In this document: positions 40,181 through 50,123 of the stretch, piece by piece
Position numbering within the stretch: the first letter of the stretch is position 1
Layout: each line of letters begins with the position of its first letter
NCBI GenBank assembly: GCA_963793265.1
Contig: CAWBZI010000002.1
Span: forward strand, 160,001 to 224,000
From: an uncultured cyanobacterium
Lineage (GTDB): Bacteria; Cyanobacteriota; Cyanobacteriia; Phormidesmidales; Phormidesmidaceae
Length of the DNA stretch: 64,000 nt
Direction of reading: 5' to 3'
Program-made: the position numbers and the translations under genes
Notes under the pieces: generated by a model
The model's database searches: none
Told to the model about the DNA's origin: nothing
The model's input: only the letters and a program-made list of their open reading frames with translations

Positions 40181-40837
40181 ATGAATAGCCATAGTTTTAC
40201 GCTCTACAGCGACTCTAAATTAGTTAGTCCTTATGTGATGTCCAATTTCATTGCTTTAACCGAGAAAGACCTCGCTTTTGAGCTAAAGACGGTGGACTTA
40301 GCAGAAAACGAACATAGCCAAGCGCCCTATGCAGACGTTTCTTTGTCTAAAAGAGTACCAAGCTTAGTTCATCAAACGTCTGAAGGCGAAAGCTTCACGC
40401 TCTCTGAGTCTTCAGCGATTTCAGAATATTTAGAAGACCGTTTTGCACCACCCGAATTTATGCGGCTGTATCCGAGCGATTTGCAAGCTAAAGCTAAGGC
40501 AAGAGAAATTCAGGCTTGGTTGCGCAGCGATCTTGTTCCTATCCGAGACGAGCGACCTACCGAAGTCATTTATTTTCAACCCGTTGAAGAACCCCTTTCC
40601 CAAAATGCTGTAGCGGCGGCAAACAAGCTTTTTTCGGCGGTAGAGCGTTTGCTTAGCCTATCTGATGGCCCCAACCTGTTTGGAGAGTGGTGTGTTGCTG
40701 ATGCTGATTTGGCGCTGATGATTAACCGACTGGTGATGAATGGCGATCGCGTTCCTGAAAAAGTGGCGACCTATGCCACGCACCAGTGGCAGCGACCTTC
40801 TGTACAATTGTGGGTGAACCAAACGCGCGGTGAATGA
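40181..40837 (+). CDS. Glutathione S-transferase (YfcF-like)
   Basis: SPYVMS, RVPSL, LSESSAISEYLE, AREIQAWLRSDL and ADADLA motifs. Confidence 0.9.
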   Translation: MNSHSFTLYSDSKLVSPYVMSNFIALTEKDLAFELKTVDLAENEHSQAPYADVSLSKRVPSLVHQTSEGESFTLSESSAISEYLEDRFAPPEFMRLYPSDLQAKAKAREIQAWLRSDLVPIRDERPTEVIYFQPVEEPLSQNAVAAANKLFSAVERLLSLSDGPNLFGEWCVADADLALMINRLVMNGDRVPEKVATYATHQWQRPSVQLWVNQTRGE

Positions 40838-40846
40838 AAATAACGG

Positions 40847-41734
40847 ATGAAAGACACCGCTCAAAATCAAATCAAGCTTTCACAGCTTAAAATAGTCGTT
40901 GCCGTTTCTAACAAAGAGAGTTTTGGTGAAGCGGCTTTGGACTTAGGCATTTCGCAATCGGCAGTGAGTCATGCGATCGCCGCTCTTGAAACCCACTTAG
41001 GCGTCATCCTTTTCTCTAGAGGCCGTCACGGCGCGCGACTCACCCCCATCGGCGCGCGCATTCTCCCTCACGCCAAAACCATCGTTGGCAGCACCACCGC
41101 CATCTTGCAAGAAGCCGCCATTGGCAAAGGCTTAGAAAGCGGCAAAGTCCGCATCGCCACCTTCCGCAGCATCGCCGCCCGCATTTTACCCGAAGCTATC
41201 AAACAGCTCCACGAGCGCTTTCCCGGCATCATCACCAACCTATCCGAGCACGACACCAGCCCACAAGTAGAACAAACTCTAAAAGAAGGCCGTGCTGATC
41301 TGGGCATTATCACGTTGCCTGCGGGCAAAGGTATCACCGCCTGGGAGCTTCTAAAAGATGAATTTATCGTGCTGCTACCGCCTGAAACTAAACTCAAAGA
41401 AGATTGTTTAACCTGGGATGAACTAGCTGCACAGCCCTTAATTATGCCACCGATTGATCATGCAATGATGCGCCCTATTTATGAGCATATCAACGGTTTG
41501 GGCTATTGGCTCAATGTTGTAAACGAGATAGAAACCGATGCAACAACTGTCAGCTTAGTTGCCCAAGGGCTCGGGGGCACTATTTTGCCACGGCTAGCGG
41601 CTGAGCCAATTCCTGAGACGGTGCAGGTTTATTCTTTGCCGATTCCTTTAGAGCGATCGATTGGGGTGGCGATCGCAACAGAGGCACTTCAGCCGCCAGC
41701 GGTGTATGCTTTGCTTGAGATATTGAGGGATTGA
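40847..41734 (+). CDS. LysR family transcriptional regulator
   Basis: SFGEAALDLGISQSAVSHAIAALETHLGVILFSR HTH followed by a substrate-binding domain. Confidence 0.95.
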   Translation: MKDTAQNQIKLSQLKIVVAVSNKESFGEAALDLGISQSAVSHAIAALETHLGVILFSRGRHGARLTPIGARILPHAKTIVGSTTAILQEAAIGKGLESGKVRIATFRSIAARILPEAIKQLHERFPGIITNLSEHDTSPQVEQTLKEGRADLGIITLPAGKGITAWELLKDEFIVLLPPETKLKEDCLTWDELAAQPLIMPPIDHAMMRPIYEHINGLGYWLNVVNEIETDATTVSLVAQGLGGTILPRLAAEPIPETVQVYSLPIPLERSIGVAIATEALQPPAVYALLEILRD

Positions 41735-41878
41735 TATAGTGGCGATCGCACAGTACAGATCTCATAACAGACACACGATTTGCCAAAACCATACGCTGCA
41801 TAAGCATTATGCATACAAGCAACTATCAATTAGAATGAAGATACAGAAACGACCCTATCGTTTTTCGAGGTAATCCGA

Positions 41879-42439
41879 ATGGTTCAAGCGCCCTCTAAAA
41901 CGCTGACGTTACAAGAATTTCTGCAACTGCCAGAAACCAAACCCGCTAGCGAATACATCAACGGTTATATTATCAAAAAGCCTATGCCAAAGGGACGACA
42001 TAGCCGTTTACAAGGAAAACTCTGTGCCACTATCAACCAAGTCGCAGAGTCTGAGAAGATAGCTTATGCCTTCCCAGAATTACGATGTAGCTTTGGCGGG
42101 CGATCAATCGTACCCGATGTAGCAGTCTTTCGATGGGAACGTATTCCCTTTACACCTGAAGGAAACGTTCCTGATAACTTTAATCTTTCCCCCGACTGGA
42201 CGATTGAGATTCTTTCTCCTTACCAAAGACCTAACAAGGTGCTAGGCAATATTCTTCATTGTTTAGAGCACGGCAGTCACTTAGGCTGGTTCGTTGATCC
42301 AGATGACCTCAGCATTTTGTACTTACTACCGCAGCAACAGCCTGTACTCTGCCAAGGCAACCAACGCCTTCCCATCGTCCCTAACTTAGATCTGACGCTT
42401 ACCGTCGATCAGGTGTTTGGCTGGTTGAAGATGTCCTGA
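41879..42439 (+). CDS. Uma2 family endonuclease
   Basis: PETKPASEYING, PELRC, VPDVAV and PDWTIEILSP motifs. Confidence 0.92.
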   Translation: MVQAPSKTLTLQEFLQLPETKPASEYINGYIIKKPMPKGRHSRLQGKLCATINQVAESEKIAYAFPELRCSFGGRSIVPDVAVFRWERIPFTPEGNVPDNFNLSPDWTIEILSPYQRPNKVLGNILHCLEHGSHLGWFVDPDDLSILYLLPQQQPVLCQGNQRLPIVPNLDLTLTVDQVFGWLKMS

Positions 42440-42467
42440 CTTTCTATAACTTAAAAGAGAGCTTCGT

Positions 42468-43820
42468 TCATCGGGCGCGCTGGTAAGCTAGCTCTCCTAA
42501 AATATAGGTGGCCTGAACCGCGCGATCGTCTCCCATCATCATCAGTGAGAAAACGCGATCGGCAAGTTCAGTGAGTGTGCTGGGCGTAGTTGAAGCATTC
42601 CTAAAAGCCATAAGGGGAGTAGCCCGCGCGTCTAGTACGATAAAGTCTGCTGCTTTGCCGATTTCAAAGTTGCCGAGCGTATCTTCTAAACACAGCGCTC
42701 TTGCACCGCCTAAGGTAGCTAAAAACAAAGCTTTGAAAGGCGATAGCTTTTGCTGGCGTAGCTGCGCGACCTTGTAGGCTTCGTTAGCAGTTTGCAACAT
42801 TGAAAAGCTAGTGCCAGCGCCCACATCTGTACCTAAGCCTACTTTCACCGGATACTCTGCTGATTTTGCCTGTTCGATTTTGAAGAGGCCGCTGCCGAGG
42901 AATAAATTTGAAGTGGGGCAAAAGGCGATCGCACTCCCTGCCTCTGAAAGCCGCTGAAACTCAGAGTCGGTCAAATGAATACCATGCGCAAACACACAGC
43001 GCTCCCTCACCAGTCCAGCCTGGTCGTACGCATCTAAATAACCCTCGCACTCCGGGAACAGCTCTTTTACCCACGCCACCTCATCCACGTTTTCAGAAAT
43101 ATGCGTGTGCATATACACATCTGGAAACTCTTCAAGCAGCTCTCCAGCTTTGCGCAGTTGTTCATTCGTAGAAGTAATAGCAAAACGCGGTGTCACGGCA
43201 TAGCGTAAACGACCCCTCTTATGCCATTTTTGAATAAGTGCTTTTGTCTCGTGATAAGAAGCATCAGCGCTATCACAAAGAAAGTCCGGGGCATTGCGAT
43301 CCATCATCACCTTGCCCGCAATCATGCAAAGGTTGCGACGCTCAGCAGCTTCAAAAAAAGCCTCTACAGACTGCGGAAACACGGCTGCAAACACTAGCGC
43401 CGTGGTCGTGCCGTTGCTCAGCAGTTGGTCTAAAAAAATCTCCGCTACCTTTTGAGCATACGCCTCATCTTGAAACTTACCTTCGACCGGAAAAACATAC
43501 TGCTCTAGCCACTCCAGCAGTTGTTCCCCATAGGCCGCAATTATCTCGGTTTGGGGATAGTGAATGTGTGTGTCAATAAACCCCGGCATAATCAGCCGCT
43601 CGTCATAAACTGTCGTTGGAATGTCTCCATAGTCACTGTGTAAGTCGGCGTAGGCTCCGAATGCTTTTATTTTGCCGTCTTCGATGACAAGCAGCCCGTC
43701 TTGCAGGTAGCGAGCGCTTTCTTCTTCGGGTGCATAAAAAGGGTCGTCCACAAAGTCTAAGAATGCTCCGCGAATAGCGCTTAAACGGGGCTGATTGGGT
43801 TGACTTTGTGGAGAAGACAT
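42468..43820 (-). CDS. guaD: Guanine deaminase
   Basis: PGFIDTHIHYPQ, VTPRFA, HTHISEN, CPTSNLFLGSG and GTDVGAG motifs. Confidence 0.95.
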   Translation of the reverse strand: MSSPQSQPNQPRLSAIRGAFLDFVDDPFYAPEEESARYLQDGLLVIEDGKIKAFGAYADLHSDYGDIPTTVYDERLIMPGFIDTHIHYPQTEIIAAYGEQLLEWLEQYVFPVEGKFQDEAYAQKVAEIFLDQLLSNGTTTALVFAAVFPQSVEAFFEAAERRNLCMIAGKVMMDRNAPDFLCDSADASYHETKALIQKWHKRGRLRYAVTPRFAITSTNEQLRKAGELLEEFPDVYMHTHISENVDEVAWVKELFPECEGYLDAYDQAGLVRERCVFAHGIHLTDSEFQRLSEAGSAIAFCPTSNLFLGSGLFKIEQAKSAEYPVKVGLGTDVGAGTSFSMLQTANEAYKVAQLRQQKLSPFKALFLATLGGARALCLEDTLGNFEIGKAADFIVLDARATPLMAFRNASTTPSTLTELADRVFSLMMMGDDRAVQATYILGELAYQRAR

Positions 43821-43857
43821 ACTCGAAGAACTTCTAATTGTGATAGAAAGACATTAA

Positions 43858-45294
43858 CTACCCAAATCGTAGTGCCTCGAATGCAAATCGGAAAATAAAG
43901 ATGGCAGCGAGCACCCAGGTAATGATCGGGATCTCACGAGAGCGCCCAGCAGCTAGCTTGGTGAAGGGGTAGAGAATCATGCCTGCTGATAACCCGGCGG
44001 CAATAGAGAAGCCTAGCGGAATAAAGAACATGGTGACAAAGGCCGGGATAGCCTCTGTTAGATCGCCCCAGCGAATGCTAGAGACAGCAGACATCATCAG
44101 CACGCCAACAATTAGCAGCGCCGGTGCTGTTGCAAAGGCGGGAACTGCTTCAAAAATAGGAACAAACAATAGGGCAATCACGAACATAACAGCAGCGACA
44201 ACAGCGGTCAGCCCAGTGCGGCCACCTTCAGAAACGCCTGCTGCTGATTCTGCAAAGGTAGTGACGGTAGACGTGCCCATGATGGCTCCGGCTGTAGTGG
44301 CGATCGCATCTGCCGAAAGCGCCTGATTAGCCCGAGGCAGCTCACCCCGCTCGTCAATATAGCCCGCCTGCGTGCCCACACCCATCAGCGTCCCAATCGT
44401 GTCGAACATATCGACAAACAAGAAGACAAGTAGCACTGCTAGAAAATCGATAATATTGCCGCCGTTGATACCGCCAAGCCCCACAAATGCTTGGCCGAAG
44501 AGATTAGATGGAAATGCTGGAATCGCCGCAATGCCGGTAGGAGCCTGAGCGACGCCAAACATCCAGCCTAAAATAGCCGTACCGCCAATGCCCCAAAGCA
44601 GAGCGCCTTTAATGCGCCTGATGATGAAAAATGCCGAAAGCAAGATACCGAAAGTCGCCAACAAAGTAGCCGGTTCTGTAAAGCTACCAAAAGCGGTCTT
44701 CGTCACCTCGTTAGCTACAATGAGCCCTGCACCCCCAATTGCCGGATCGCCACTCAGACCGATGTAGGCCAAGAACATGCCAATTCCTACCGTTGTAGAA
44801 GCTTTAATACACTCAGGAACCGCCGCAATCAAGTGGCGGCGAACATCTGTGACGGTGAGCGCTATAAAAATAATTCCCTCAATCAGCACTGCCGCCAAGG
44901 CAACTCGCCATTCAATACCTAAGCCCAATACAACAGAGTAGGCAAAAAAGGCGTTGGTGCCCATACCCGGTGCTTGCACGAACGGATATTTGGCATAAAG
45001 CCCCATGACTAAGCTGCCAATCGCAGCCGTAATCCCGGTAACAACAACTAACTCTCTAAATAAGTCGCCCGACTCTTGTAAAAAAACGGCATCTGACATG
45101 ATCAGCGGATGCACTACTAAAATGTAGGCCATGGTCATAAAGGTCGTTAACCCAGCCAGTATCTCGGTGCGAAAGTCTGTTTTGTGATAGTCGAAGTCGA
45201 AGTACTTAGCGACTTTCGCCTGCCATCCCGAATAGCGTGGTGGCGGCGACGATTGAGGTGGCTTGGGCTGAAGTTCTACGTTAGTTTGGCTCAT
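43858..45294 (-). CDS. NCS2 family (AzgA-like) purine permease
   Basis: TEILAGLTTFMTMAYI, APGMG, DMFDTIGT and ESAAGVSEGGRTGLT motifs. Confidence 0.93.
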   Translation of the reverse strand: MSQTNVELQPKPPQSSPPPRYSGWQAKVAKYFDFDYHKTDFRTEILAGLTTFMTMAYILVVHPLIMSDAVFLQESGDLFRELVVVTGITAAIGSLVMGLYAKYPFVQAPGMGTNAFFAYSVVLGLGIEWRVALAAVLIEGIIFIALTVTDVRRHLIAAVPECIKASTTVGIGMFLAYIGLSGDPAIGGAGLIVANEVTKTAFGSFTEPATLLATFGILLSAFFIIRRIKGALLWGIGGTAILGWMFGVAQAPTGIAAIPAFPSNLFGQAFVGLGGINGGNIIDFLAVLLVFLFVDMFDTIGTLMGVGTQAGYIDERGELPRANQALSADAIATTAGAIMGTSTVTTFAESAAGVSEGGRTGLTAVVAAVMFVIALLFVPIFEAVPAFATAPALLIVGVLMMSAVSSIRWGDLTEAIPAFVTMFFIPLGFSIAAGLSAGMILYPFTKLAAGRSREIPIITWVLAAIFIFRFAFEALRFG

Positions 45295-45392
45295 GAAGGT
45301 TTCCTAGAGAGACAGTGCTTCATAAATGACACGCAAAATCTAAAAGATTAGGTGTTCAAATTAAGGTCGTAAATGTAAATAGGATTCTCAAG

Positions 45393-45434
45393 ACTCTACC
45401 GAGCGACATCCACTCGATTTGTTACATAGATCAC
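45393..45434 (-). promoter_or_regulatory. Degenerate NtcA-type promoter for the permease-guaD unit
   Basis: Minus strand GTG-N8-AAC (45421-45434), 22 nt, then TAGAGT (45393-45398). Confidence 0.45.
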
Positions 45435-45509
45435 AATACCTATAGCAAAGCGACTTCTAGATGCATAGATCTAGAAGTCGCCTGATTGATGAAAATAAAG
45501 GGGCCTAGC

Positions 45510-45737
45510 TCAGTAGAGTCTGTCTAGCCAGTCACGCTGTTCTTCGCATTGAGGTAGGTAAAGATACAGCCTGGCTTTAGCACCATATCTGTCTTTGGCT
45601 AAAGGTGTGGGGGACTGTTCGGAGGGCTGTGGGTGGTGCACCATGAAGGTCTTAACGGCTTCATAGAGGCTCCGAAGCGAGTGACTTAGCGCCTTCTGAT
45701 GTTGAGAGGATGAATCGAAGTGAGAATTGCTTTGCAC
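45510..45737 (-). CDS. Small hypothetical protein
   Basis: 75-aa ORF followed by a hairpin at 45450-45481. Confidence 0.4.
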   Translation of the reverse strand: MQSNSHFDSSSQHQKALSHSLRSLYEAVKTFMVHHPQPSEQSPTPLAKDRYGAKARLYLYLPQCEEQRDWLDRLY

Positions 45738-45784
45738 GATCTAGCCTGAAAATGAAACTGTATACTTTCGCTGTTGAGACTTCC

Positions 45785-45979
45785 TTAGTTATAAAAGGAC
45801 TTCGCTGCCGACATCGCTAATAGCTGCTGAGTTGTCCAGCCTGCTTTGTGAGCTGCGCGTTTGTTATCGGCACTCATTGCACCGACGCCGTATGCACTTT
45901 CGAGCACTTTGCCCAGGCTGAGGCGCTGAGCGATTTGGGTGAAGGCATGGCGAGAAGTGTTGCTTGCAGTGTTTTTCAT
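45785..45979 (-). CDS. Small hypothetical protein
   Basis: 64-aa ORF with AGGA upstream; a GTA-N8-TAC box lies at 46035-46048. Confidence 0.45.
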   Translation of the reverse strand: MKNTASNTSRHAFTQIAQRLSLGKVLESAYGVGAMSADNKRAAHKAGWTTQQLLAMSAAKSFYN

Positions 45980-46049
45980 AGGGTTTTGCTTTCCTTAAGA
46001 GAGACTTCTTTGAACATCTTTATAATAGAAAACCGTAGCGTATGATACC

Positions 46050-46083
46050 AAAAGTAGCTCGCATCTTATACATGCGAGCTACT
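46050..46083 (-). terminator. Intrinsic terminator after the porin gene
   Basis: AGTAGCTCGCAT / ATGCGAGCTACT stem followed by a T-run on the minus strand. Confidence 0.65.
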
Positions 46084-46131
46084 CATGGGTAAATATTCCT
46101 TTAGAAAGTGCTTAGAGCCTTCTATACCCAG

Positions 46132-48054
46132 CTAGAACCCAAACTGAGCCTGAAGGTTGAACACGTAAAGATCTGGGTTATCCCCAAAGTTATTCACGTT
46201 ATTAATCCAATAAACCGATGGAATGACCGCAAAATTCGGGCTTACCGGATACCGATAAGAGACTTCTATTTCTTCTTGCACAGCGCCGTCACCGCTACCG
46301 GAGGCCAAAAAGCTGCTGCCACTGAGTACGTCAAACGGCTGCACGTAAGAGATATTGCCCTGGGCTCCTGCTTTAAACAAATCGGGAAACGCCAGGCCAA
46401 CCTGAACAGATTGAGCATTAATGGTGCCATCTTCTAAACCATCGTCTGTAGGAAAAAGGTTGGTGCTGCCGTAGCTGTAGCGACCAAACAAGCCAAATCC
46501 TTTGGTAATGAGCCAGTCGAAGTTGAATAGAAATGTGTCGGCAGTGGCGATGTTTAAGGGCCCACCGAAGCCGTCATCTGCAAAGCCGTAGATAGGCTCG
46601 CTGATTGCGCCGCCGACAAAGCCTGCTGCGTTCGGCTCTAAGTTGCTGCGGGTGTACAAGAACCTCAAGTTAAGATTGTCTGTGGGATAAACGCCCACTT
46701 GCCCAGTTAGCGTTGTGGTGCCATCAAAGAGGCCATTTTTGCTAGAACTTCGTGGCCCCAGCAAAAACTCTGTGTTCTCCGCTAAGTAGCCCACGCGAAA
46801 GTCTAGCCAGTCTGCAACTTCCCACTCAGCCACTAATCCCGCGCCGCGATCGACCGCGTTTGCCTGGGTGCTGCCGCTAGAGTTGAAGCTGTTGGCTCCG
46901 GTGCCAAAGAAAGTAAAGCGGTTACCGTCGAAGTGTCGGTACCAGTTGATGGCAGGGCCGATGGTGAAGGCTAGCTTGTCGCTGACTGGAAAAGAGTAAA
47001 ACACTTCTCGAACGATGATGTTGTCTTCGCCAATGGTGCCGGTCTGTAGTGTAAACGGCGTACCAAACGTGTTGAACAAACCTGCTGATCCGTAAAAGTT
47101 GGCAGGGCCAGAGCCATCGCCGCTGACAAGCTGAATTTGAAGCCTGTCTTCTCCGGTGAAAGAGGTGCCGAAGTTTATCCAGGTGTAGTAGCTAAAGGTT
47201 GGCTCAGGGTCTTCGGTGATGGTTCTGACGATGGGTTCATTTGTATCGGGGTCGCGAGCAGGGGCAAATACGTTAATGCCCTCTGCAAGTACGTCGCCGC
47301 TGGCGGTGGCATAGTCGAGGTGGGTGTAGAGCTGAACGCTGAGCTTGGTAGTAGTTGAGAACTGATTGGCTTCTAGTAGAGCAACGTCAGATTCTAGGGT
47401 GTCTACTTGCGATCGCACTCTCACCAGCTCCGCCGCAAAATCCTCCTGCAACCGCCGTAGATCTTCTGGATTACTGTCTCCGCCATCCAGCTGAATCACT
47501 ACGTCTAAACAGGCGTTTAGCCCCGCCGCAAACTCATAGCGAGTCAGCGCCCGATTGCCGCGAAAGCTGCCGTCTGGATAGCCTTCTAAGCAGCCATATT
47601 CTTCCACTAATCGCTGGAGCGCCGTATAGGCCCAGTCGCTAGGCTGCACGTCTGATAGCTCCGATACGCTGGTCACCTGAGCCAGTTCAGGCGTCTCGTT
47701 TGCTGTGGTTTCAAGCTCAGGATCACTCGTTAGGTCGCTAGCTGCTACCGCCTCAAGCCCTGTCTCTACCGCCTCTGCTGCTCTCTCTACCGTCTGTTCG
47801 TCAGCAGAAACTACGTCTTCAACAGACTCCTCAACGTCTACTTCCTCAGCTATTCCATCAATGGCTATTGTCTGAACCAGCTCTACTGATTCGCGCTCAG
47901 CCTCCAATCGCTCGGCAGTGATCGTACCTTCGGTCGCGATCGCCTCTCCTACGCCTATCCCTATACAAGCGCCCAAAGCCCCCACGTTAACCAGCAGCCT
48001 GCACAAAAAGACAGAGACTCTGCGAGTCTTGCATACCACATTGTTCTTTTGCAT
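46132..48054 (-). CDS. Cyanobacterial SLH-domain outer-membrane porin (OprB-like)
   Basis: QVTSVSELSDVQPSDWAY, YPDGSFRGNRALTRYEFAAGL and QFSTTTKL motifs; C-terminal Phe. Confidence 0.93.
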   Translation of the reverse strand: MQKNNVVCKTRRVSVFLCRLLVNVGALGACIGIGVGEAIATEGTITAERLEAERESVELVQTIAIDGIAEEVDVEESVEDVVSADEQTVERAAEAVETGLEAVAASDLTSDPELETTANETPELAQVTSVSELSDVQPSDWAYTALQRLVEEYGCLEGYPDGSFRGNRALTRYEFAAGLNACLDVVIQLDGGDSNPEDLRRLQEDFAAELVRVRSQVDTLESDVALLEANQFSTTTKLSVQLYTHLDYATASGDVLAEGINVFAPARDPDTNEPIVRTITEDPEPTFSYYTWINFGTSFTGEDRLQIQLVSGDGSGPANFYGSAGLFNTFGTPFTLQTGTIGEDNIIVREVFYSFPVSDKLAFTIGPAINWYRHFDGNRFTFFGTGANSFNSSGSTQANAVDRGAGLVAEWEVADWLDFRVGYLAENTEFLLGPRSSSKNGLFDGTTTLTGQVGVYPTDNLNLRFLYTRSNLEPNAAGFVGGAISEPIYGFADDGFGGPLNIATADTFLFNFDWLITKGFGLFGRYSYGSTNLFPTDDGLEDGTINAQSVQVGLAFPDLFKAGAQGNISYVQPFDVLSGSSFLASGSGDGAVQEEIEVSYRYPVSPNFAVIPSVYWINNVNNFGDNPDLYVFNLQAQFGF

Positions 48055-48179
48055 CGTAATTTCTCACACCTTTGTAGAAGCCCTCTAGCCGCAGCGATTA
48101 TGCAGGGCATTAGAGGACTATAGAACTTTCATCAAACGTAAATACTAAAACGCCGTAACGGCTATGCTTTTAGCGTTGG

Positions 48180-49589
48180 CTACTCTCTTGCGCCTGGCAG
48201 CACCATGTTCAGCACCAGCGCTGTTAGCCCGCCCGTGCTGATACCTGAAGAAAAAATGCTCTTAACTAGGGTCGGCATCTTGTCTAAAGCATCGGGTACT
48301 ACGCTCACGCCCAAGCCCAATCCAATCGACACCGCTAGAATAATCGAAGCTCTTTTGTCTAAATTGACCGTCGAGATAATTTTGATGCCAGCGACCGCCA
48401 CCGTGCCAAACATGATGATAGTGGCCCCGCCTAATACCGGCTGCGGAATGGTTTGAAACAGACCGGCAATCACAGGTACCAGGCCGAGAATAACAAACAC
48501 GCCTGCAATGAAAAAACCGACATAGCGACTGCCGATGCCCGTAAGCTGGATGACGCCGTTGTTTTGGCTGAAGGTTGTGTTTGGGAAAGTGTTGAAAATA
48601 GCAGCGATCGCTGAATTAACCCCGTCTCCTAAAATCCCGCCTTGAATGCGATCAAAATACTTTTTGCCCGCAATCGGCTGGCCCGTCAAAAGCGAGGTCG
48701 CCGTTAAATCGCCAGTAGACTCGATGGTTGTAATCAAAAACAAAAACGCAAAGGGAATAAAAGCTGCAATATTAAAGCCAAATCCGTAGCGGAAAGGAAT
48801 TGGGACAGTAAAAGCAGGCAACCCCGCTAGATTACTGAAGTTCACCAGGCCCATCGGAATTGCAACAATGTAGCCGACTAACAAACCAATTGCCACTGAA
48901 GACATTCTCAAAAACGTGTTGTTGACGCTATTTAAGACCACAATAATGGCCAGAACCAAGCCCGCTAGCAAGAGATAAGCAGGGCTGCCAAACGTCTCGT
49001 CGGCTCTAGCTGCAAAGCCACCCGCCATACTGGTAATGCCCACATTAATCAGCGTTAGGCCAATGAGGGTGACCACAATACCCGTCACTAAAGGCGTCAC
49101 AATTCGGCTAGCAAACTGAATAAACCGGCTCAAAAACATTTCAATAAATGAGCCAAAAAAGCAAAGGCCAAAGATAGTACCTAGCGCCTCTTGAGGCGTA
49201 CCGCCTGCGCCCGTAACCGCTGCTCCGGCTGCAATAATCGGGCCGATAAAAGCAAAGCTAGTGCCCTGAACGCTCAATAGTCCTGAGCCAATAGGGCCGA
49301 CTCTTTTCGCCTGAATAAACGTTGCAATGCCCGAGACAAACAAAGACATACTTACTAAATAAGCACTGTCAGCAGGCGGCAGTTGAAGGGCTCCAGAGAT
49401 AATGAGTGCGGGCGTGATGATGCCGACAAAGCAAGCAAAAACGTGTTGAACGGCGGCAAAAATAGACTCACGAACCGGAGGTCTATCTTCTAACCCATAG
49501 ATTAGCCCAAGTTCGGCAGCCGTCTGCGGCACGGCTGCTCCCATTTCAGACGTTATCGGTTCATTCGTTATTATTTCAGGGTTACTCAT
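48180..49589 (-). CDS. Xanthine/uracil (NAT/NCS2) permease
   Basis: AVQH, VQGTSFAF, ESTGDLTAT and PNTTFSQNNGVIQLTG (NAT signature). Confidence 0.93.
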   Translation of the reverse strand: MSNPEIITNEPITSEMGAAVPQTAAELGLIYGLEDRPPVRESIFAAVQHVFACFVGIITPALIISGALQLPPADSAYLVSMSLFVSGIATFIQAKRVGPIGSGLLSVQGTSFAFIGPIIAAGAAVTGAGGTPQEALGTIFGLCFFGSFIEMFLSRFIQFASRIVTPLVTGIVVTLIGLTLINVGITSMAGGFAARADETFGSPAYLLLAGLVLAIIVVLNSVNNTFLRMSSVAIGLLVGYIVAIPMGLVNFSNLAGLPAFTVPIPFRYGFGFNIAAFIPFAFLFLITTIESTGDLTATSLLTGQPIAGKKYFDRIQGGILGDGVNSAIAAIFNTFPNTTFSQNNGVIQLTGIGSRYVGFFIAGVFVILGLVPVIAGLFQTIPQPVLGGATIIMFGTVAVAGIKIISTVNLDKRASIILAVSIGLGLGVSVVPDALDKMPTLVKSIFSSGISTGGLTALVLNMVLPGARE

Positions 49590-49660
49590 AGCAGATGATT
49601 CCTAAACACAAGGGGCTCTCGATCATGTAAGAGCACGACGACAACACGGATAGAATAGCG

Positions 49661-49721
49661 TTGTATACAATCTTGTCTGAGAGTAGTATGAGAAAAACTA
49701 TAGAAAGGTATTGAACGATAC
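49661..49721 (-). promoter_or_regulatory. NtcA-activated promoter with an adjacent GntR-type palindrome
   Basis: GTA-N8-TAC (49708-49721), 22 nt, TACTCT -10 (49680-49685); TTGTATACAA at 49661-49670. Confidence 0.7.
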
Positions 49722-49741
49722 ACGATCCAAATTAATTAAGA

Positions 49742-50116
49742 TCAGCTTCCGCGATAGGTACTGTACGACCACGGCGAAACGAGCAACGGAACGTGATAGT
49801 GAGCTTCTATATCTGCAATGCCAAAGCGAATAGGTATGAGATTTAAGAAAGGGTGCGATAGGGATAGAGACGCATCGGCTTTGGAGAAATAATCTCCAAC
49901 CGCGAAAACAATTTCGTAGGTTCCCAACTGAAAATCTTCGCCTTTTAACAGCGGGGAGTCCGTGCGGCCATCTTGATTTGTTCTTACTGTTTTAAGCAAG
50001 CGGCGGTTGGTTTCTTGTTTGTTTTCAGAAGTATCTAGCTGCCATAGCGTCAGCTCTATATTCGCTGCCGGGGTGCCATTTGCGGTATCGAGAACGTGTG
50101 TTGATAGCCAGCCCAT
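49742..50116 (-). CDS. uraH: 5-hydroxyisourate hydrolase
   Basis: [13 protein letters not shown] and [19 protein letters not shown] motifs. Confidence 0.95.
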   Translation of the reverse strand: MGWLSTHVLDTANGTPAANIELTLWQLDTSENKQETNRRLLKTVRTNQDGRTDSPLLKGEDFQLGTYEIVFAVGDYFSKADASLSLSHPFLNLIPIRFGIADIEAHYHVPLLVSPWSYSTYRGS

Positions 50117-50123
50117 AAATTTT

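Noticed and set aside
48138..48151. GTA-N8-AAC upstream of the porin as an NtcA promoter
   Set aside because: Imperfect box with no -10 at the expected spacing
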